This document shows positions 61,901-63,684 of a DNA stretch of 63,684 nucleotides, one piece after another. The notes under the pieces are model-generated. The model was not told where the DNA came from and ran no database searches. It worked only from the letters and a program-made list of their open reading frames with translations. Position numbers and translations under genes: made by a program. How positions within the stretch are numbered: the first letter of the stretch is position 1; each line of letters begins with the position of its first letter. This stretch comes from a virus (lineage: Duplodnaviria; Caudoviricetes), in the IMG/VR virus record IMGVR_UViG_3300017754_001974, positions 1 through 63,684 of that record; one strand, given 5' to 3'.

Positions 61901-62267
61901 TGAGACACATGATGATAAATTGTTTATTTTTACATCAAAAGATAATATACCAGCTACAGTAAAAGCAAGTAATATATCAATATTTAATACTGCTGAACAA
62001 ATTAAAAACATTGAATTTGAAGGAGCTATTATCTTACCAAGATTTGGACTTAAAGTTGAAAATGAAACGGAAATGGCAGAAATGTCAAAAGAACTATTTG
62101 AAAAATTTAAAGTGACAAATCCTGGATTTCAAAATCAAAGTAGTAAACTTACTATTCGTGAAATGATGAATAGTGATTCTTTTATAGCATCAGTTGATGT
62201 AATTAATAGTATTAGAATAAAATCTCATGCTATCTTAGATGAATTAAATAACTCTTGTAAACGATAA
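49977..62267 (+). CDS. Giant virion RNA polymerase (crAss/phi14:2 gp66-type) with zincin, SLOG-like, AlkB-like and NADAR-like domains
   Basis: 4096 aa; catalytic GGDFDIDK (56154-56168) preceded by DGQGW, STQMRKL and RIPVQG; VDVAKDP; HEAWH...EELLAE zincin; accessory domains at 58300-60510. Confidence 0.92.
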   Translation: MACLTQKQLDNIFQSIGKYFKDLKDPGDYKHLDHLLYIYNKGISSGVQPATALSYVQSVPKLVNTYKSITGIKLNRNENIALATIESDFDDNDLDFVATYLGLNTQKDIKEKETITEKEFVTPEGKILNLFQANPNDPNSTTGPDERVDPQTQKRDPKKTWYHNFVRKFLDVASSGYEASGVTIKNHTGFKLKAIKMSEIPYEELFDFLKREGVSETLLKTLQDNDQTVALVITDNDGNILRFNEDYSTSNEGKMIYFQMRDTGYDLLDAKEARGAIQSVREIARNLKITEKEAEERVRTGVENLRTIQKGVFENKTILLDIVGGSPGYIPRIAGSLDVTWETAPTTLGDLVKNVSSFEINYSTIGKNTAERYVIINGETIPLLARKATDDELDNFTAAAIENILKSKNKSTATAFEFLSEYFALNDSYKKLLEKLLDDIQSKGDEQSGLERLKLFLETGGSYKNGFFLTYQKELPTYLGIKNREIAIINREEYYDFWKDKLKSPIPLNDDNEVALFNSYLNFEMNPETRKELGLDKRAELPIETPATENKLIIGEREWDDNLLTKEYGITSEASKKQIQDAYEWYKKSPLNGVVPFIPLFEVPNSNAKATWGPAGITLYFGSNYTDLYHEAWHAFSQLFLTLEQKKQLYSEISKMSGTFLLPSGVRIKFSEAKPLQIEELLAEDFRQYRLSNGTKVFGQRPVTNGIFAKILKFLNWLFDNTSYQQTQTDFNSLKNVKTWYDKLSLGNFKDLKPDAKNIMFKSLASPIGNIQNGEMLTVTQSDEVSDTMDAILSDALEKTAKKKGRILISEFLGSKESIKYVYGNIKQTFEDKLIELKEDVEKNAYAISVIQTALNNFGDINDTIDNKILNDSTTISYHLRSSKLLDFKTKTLDESDEKNVNLDTNIQKQLAENGELSFEDMANEKVLFLIRTLKQYDSKGNLEMNSLGFPKLTKYNKTLGTLIRNLNNNSGPKSIKAKLEELYANGAYEMGELLTKLGNLDLVQQDGRSDIMNAWILFANSFNTTSLPLIITRLEQKVSDNPLEYEYTLYNTQGKLDLSNTKRKFTREFNYNRLNTITDLVNGERVINRQKLINVFGKVFDGGYKTLKDTDPAKFEFAVKFYNAIGIPISNTEEYRNLLSNKTVLEGAWYIYDMLINYKENKKIAEQIPNHLKYLTSSKDNQSNVIDTVIEAYLKVEDIVSTFSLLNAEGNIQYENVLNNTITIIKNGINEGDTFEDFYSKPEFSHYNPNRNPMVRNSLIFKKLFGNNLTNRVDTLELQNYSGIQLDKDGVNVNSISINDTDGPTKFYIDFYSYINNGYIELPRHADKKLALAYFASKNPHFINPSTYLLDTELGDRFFFDAMYGYLKAEHERIQDIKNNTISDLDYFPDFKNQGKEFLIFHDILTTEQKNELYDMSIEDLKNLNSDTELYKAIEERILSYLTNLTADNKKVFNEVNYVDQSTILKLAKATVSTKKLKDNEKTDRLLRAYSANSFISFVESTTLFYGDIAAYNLLKEEFHKRNASAGSTGKTFVSDPEIIAAFNKFYGNRYAEKQGYKNYGIKKDGILNVAVFDDIQVQNDDLIEEYKKIFKDQYTQDFIAFGLKGKALTDRVELEVNKAVKKYFADEIKEGDGQGWLTFDAYRMLAKLSNEWSKAQEDLYNKIVEGKEIGIDEVLKNFPPRKYQYYGPVTTDKYHLNALHKFSLMPLIPSVLKDTNLSIIHDRMIKNNVHYATFKSGSKTATRSYKNGKSDNFYQDLSTRTVMPASTPLMINQINLKYLRNQVSINDEFKEEVVFSTQMRKLIINELFEKGIPLNANVEQLVKSYLKNIEKYIEFNKQELRDEIELKSDGKFNAESLAKIIKNEMTRRDFPEHLIDTVTKIENGNFAYDLSYALNAEDIEKILFSIVNKRIVRRKVNGEPLVQAAVSGFESIRPDLTNASEQDKEKYKASTLKFYRRDPATGKTLPMQVKIALQGKFKKLLYLEHNGEVIKTRERLNIALKDEKWMKKYGKMVTLVGVRIPVQGFNSMEMMEVAEFLEETAGNIVVAPTEIVSKSGGDFDIDKLSIFFPNIEKVGKNVFLSKLDNSVKLSNSQLKSKIAELKEIIKGIKSESQNEFENLKKQKEFSKLADNEKQIINTLYEKYNRLVKENNDLISLWSKESIKTRNGKILSNEIDELKNISISFEDKFQELTLAEAELKQNLKVYYGAFYQDKQQKFWDVQDKKLEIVFDEMNALKENLINSSNSAYENAITEDIINILSAPEIAAALVRPNDTDLVQPLSKDMLKYFAKTYNPKKNFNDDPESMQFIDDLETDPKKKVKTRPVSPTRIFETRYNIYKQFSNSVGKKALGIGAVDNAYNALFNQVGLYLNDTFEHVRKDKKTGKKIVQIRKNRLLLNHNRMANGNISLSNIFNTEGTKISDLINQLINGWVDVAKDPWIAYVMGTPEASPSLLYLIQAGVPFKQAVYFLANPLVREYFDTLKKMESPLAALQQSKALDIKGNIIDISSLPENEFKLKTSMLELNEYATGHDVYKKILTLTNGIENITEEQLKDRLEASLDPMWTRDETDMAVFAHFLEVLDVSKGLFKIKQALNFDTKTSATMYDAYVRNQKKDAVIGYDEDEINILRIFPKDRLKSLYSDTILSNFDVGDLQMEMFKDLYEVRNHPNLNKYLSEFYSNSLLFGSNIYDRVIQIFGGNDKMISEFKNDFTTAITLRAFRDIDISEDVYKGYEVVQVNSKEYDKVINKKVNKALPKEKLHFAKNNYTKDTPEKYPKYGFIFTENAEKLGTDYNVSTTQAVIRTNKQGERNPNALAIVTKKMQKAGANFTNSEADFTQFKELNTELINNIVNSKFERIIVPTGGFAMEKAKLPTRFAEWLQSELQTKLGIATDLVDRGTGMSGLTNSKKYEEPTTQASSTDNPTEYTNHSGGALGADSMFDTIGKEYGQTNQNHYYYGSKPPKGNVLLTDAQVKEGIVEMEKAAKILSRNPSKTATINLLARNWFQVKNSTQIVAIAPIDESMKFVEGGTGWAVAMAQANNKEIHVFNIKDNSWYKWNGSTFIKSSVPILAKNFAGIGSRQDKGKMTSESIQAIRDVYENTFKTSTSIAPKGEKVKDGIYVNQEGLSPQEELELFELIRPVLEEQAVKSNAGKNAPKMAGLGLNWDYLNGVTKRRDNGFEKVDIQDPLRKNTAYGWFTSSSTGEKLGSISKRMVELMSKATGIDVTDYDGSIINIYNSDSFIGNHPDIDESKTAEKYPVVVVNIGGPGNIVLGSDKVNLKSGAGYVFGVGGKNRTISHSTYASPIKGTLPSITTQMDGETLKAGSYRVSITMRRVMPLEKGMPESPKVISKKPSTITSIGPETKINIYSKDKNGFEDLSNFAERSVKLGNETFRTPEGAYQAMKIWFTNAALLRTPISKENLEILEKLKTASGLEAKALGNNITDLSKDTWDRDSSGVMKNILTLSFQQNSKALDKLLSTGNATLTHTQDKTKWKTEFPKLLMEVRNELRGEQPKVNEPIEVEQVPTKGTNIPGYIPIGVYIQDGIMYVDKDTLYDQFESGEYSNNNTKAYGAIINTPEGGKYYLEKLNPRTFNNNFSEYVRFVMEREYQRSILKASDITNFDKVLLETITEYKDKVFIPGGILKTNTPEMIQFLSETAKMERNEYGYYNVVDRENGQTYYENLKKIKNGEWQQFTLDTLKAKALEYKLIEKYLTNKALKNILNSYSYMQDPVNAYSKQLFKLIDQYDNLKKDYSILEALTESKSKSNGIFNLIFKEGKPDARSINNYNEELKKLADIGVEKHPDKNINQEISEFFDKFQYYVLLSTGFSSGSQYSLNSIISQDKILNFTNSSIIKKTTNRILNDSDYSVVKDNLDKFTDKFLKNRLGIVLDSNEKIASYTPGFSTDNANRIKTYTAKPISKPLNISNAKLVSPLDDTLRQVNDSLFLVDLQAIREEGTYSSDKLFFTKALTKLAETHDDKLFIFTSKDNIPATVKASNISIFNTAEQIKNIEFEGAIILPRFGLKVENETEMAEMSKELFEKFKVTNPGFQNQSSKLTIREMMNSDSFIASVDVINSIRIKSHAILDELNNSCKR

Positions 62268-62269
62268 TT

Positions 62270-63684
62270 ATGGCTTGTAGAATTCTTAGAAATGATGATG
62301 GTACTGTAAATCAAGTACTTGCTAGTAATAATGAACCCTCAATTCTTTATAAAGCTCTTGAACAAAACATGAGTGAAGAAGAAGCACTATTAGAATATGC
62401 GGGAACCTTTACGGATGATTTTACTAATGTGTTAGATTACTTAAAAGAAGTAGATAATAAATCTAATATATATGATGTTAATGGTGAAGTTCAATATGAT
62501 ATATATGACTACATCATGCATCCTGAAAAGTATATTGGTCAAAATTCTAATGAAGTAATAAGAACAGCATTTCAAAAAGATAGAAAAAATGATTTAAGAA
62601 CTGCTGGGTTATCCTATTTAACAAATACTTTAGAAATTCTATCTGTAAAATTCGGATTATCTTATGAAGTTATTTTTGATGAAAACAATCCTAATAAAGG
62701 ATATGTAGATGTAATGTCTTATAATCAACCAACTATTGTAATAAATGCTGCTAAAGCTTCACATGACACTCCACTTCATGAGTATGGTCACATTTTTATT
62801 AATCTTATTAAATCATCTAATAAAAACTTATATTCAAATCTAATAAAAGAAGTATTAAATACGGAAGAAGGTAAAAGAGAATTATCTAATGTTCAAAATT
62901 ATTATTCAAATTATACATTAGAAGAGCAAATCGAAGAAACTATAGTTGAATTATTAGGTAGATATGCTAGAAATGAATTTGATCCTGAATCAGGTATACA
63001 TAAAACAATTAAAAAAATATGGAATACTATATTAGAATTTTTATCTAAGACATTCAATGTTGAAATTAAAGATATTTCTCCAAATATGTCAATTGAACAA
63101 CTTGCTAAACTTTTAAGTAATCCTAATATAAACTTTAATCAAAAATCTTTTATAGATCAAGAAATAGATACTATTAAACAAGATAACATTAGGAATAAAG
63201 AACGATTAGAAAAAGACTACTTAGATTTTAAAAAAATAAATAATCCATCTTTAGTAAAAGAAAATAATTATATACTAATCGTAAACAAAGATGAGTTTGA
63301 TAAATTCAAAACGGAAATAGAAAATTTTATAAATAGTTTAAAAGAATATAGTAAAAGTCAACTATTAATAGATATAGACAATATTAAATCTAAAATTAGA
63401 ACTTTTAAACAAAGAGATGATTTTGATTATAGTAGATATCCTATGTTTACTAAAACTTTAAAGTTTTTTCATCCAAATCCAAACACTGCACTATATGTTG
63501 TAGATAGGGAAATACAAAATGGAAATATAAATAATGAGATTAAAAATAGTTTAAATTTTTTAGATAAACCATTAAATGAAATAATAGAAGATGTATTATC
63601 TGGCTATAGTATAAGTGATAGGATAGAAATAAATGTTCCAGATTTTTATAAAATGCCATTTTATACATTTAGCAATTTTAACTC
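62270..63684 (+). CDS. Next giant virion protein, N-terminal part with zincin motif (3'-truncated; not in the ORF track)
   Basis: Read manually: MACRILRNDDG..., open to the end of the window; DTPLHEYGH (62777) and EETIVELLG. Confidence 0.85.
   Translation, partial: MACRILRNDDGTVNQVLASNNEPSILYKALEQNMSEEEALLEYAGTFTDDFTNVLDYLKEVDNKSNIYDVNGEVQYDIYDYIMHPEKYIGQNSNEVIRTAFQKDRKNDLRTAGLSYLTNTLEILSVKFGLSYEVIFDENNPNKGYVDVMSYNQPTIVINAAKASHDTPLHEYGHIFINLIKSSNKNLYSNLIKEVLNTEEGKRELSNVQNYYSNYTLEEQIEETIVELLGRYARNEFDPESGIHKTIKKIWNTILEFLSKTFNVEIKDISPNMSIEQLAKLLSNPNINFNQKSFIDQEIDTIKQDNIRNKERLEKDYLDFKKINNPSLVKENNYILIVNKDEFDKFKTEIENFINSLKEYSKSQLLIDIDNIKSKIRTFKQRDDFDYSRYPMFTKTLKFFHPNPNTALYVVDREIQNGNINNEIKNSLNFLDKPLNEIIEDVLSGYSISDRIEINVPDFYKMPFYTFSNFN

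Noticed and set aside
1-63684. Stop-codon reassignment (TAG or TGA), known in some crAss-like phages
   Set aside because: Very long ORFs are intact under code 11, and TAG (4381) and TGA (22111, 27856, 34776) end genes at sensible boundaries.
1-63684. tRNA or rRNA genes
   Set aside because: Intergenic gaps are short and AT-rich; no cloverleaf or T-loop signature seen by eye.

Overview
AT-rich 63.7 kb fragment of a large podovirus-type Bacteroidota phage of the crAss-like (Crassvirales/phi14:2-like) lineage. All credible genes are on the + strand and the standard genetic code is used. Gene order: terminase (5'-truncated), portal, scaffold-like protein, major capsid protein, a cluster of tiny Lys-rich proteins that contains an LCIB/theta-type carbonic anhydrase-like gene, neck/ring proteins, a ferritin-like protein, an auxiliary capsid protein, Cys-rich fibres, a metallophosphoesterase, an IHF-like protein, the tail stabilisation/muzzle protein, then giant cargo/ejection proteins including a 4096-aa virion RNA polymerase (DFDID) and a 3'-truncated giant protein. 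Highlights: (1) a 2307-aa 'beads-on-a-string' protein whose hydrolase-like modules are separated by a conserved GGxFNPxTDEFxGY repeat, part of a wider [YFMA]-[QK]-x-G-G motif system; (2) SLOG-, AlkB- and NADAR-like domains inserted in the vRNAP; (3) a phage carbonic anhydrase with a possible virion-anchoring N-terminus; (4) an intergenic hairpin whose loop is the exact reverse complement of phage translation-leader sequences. Family assignments are from motif recognition by eye, not database searches.
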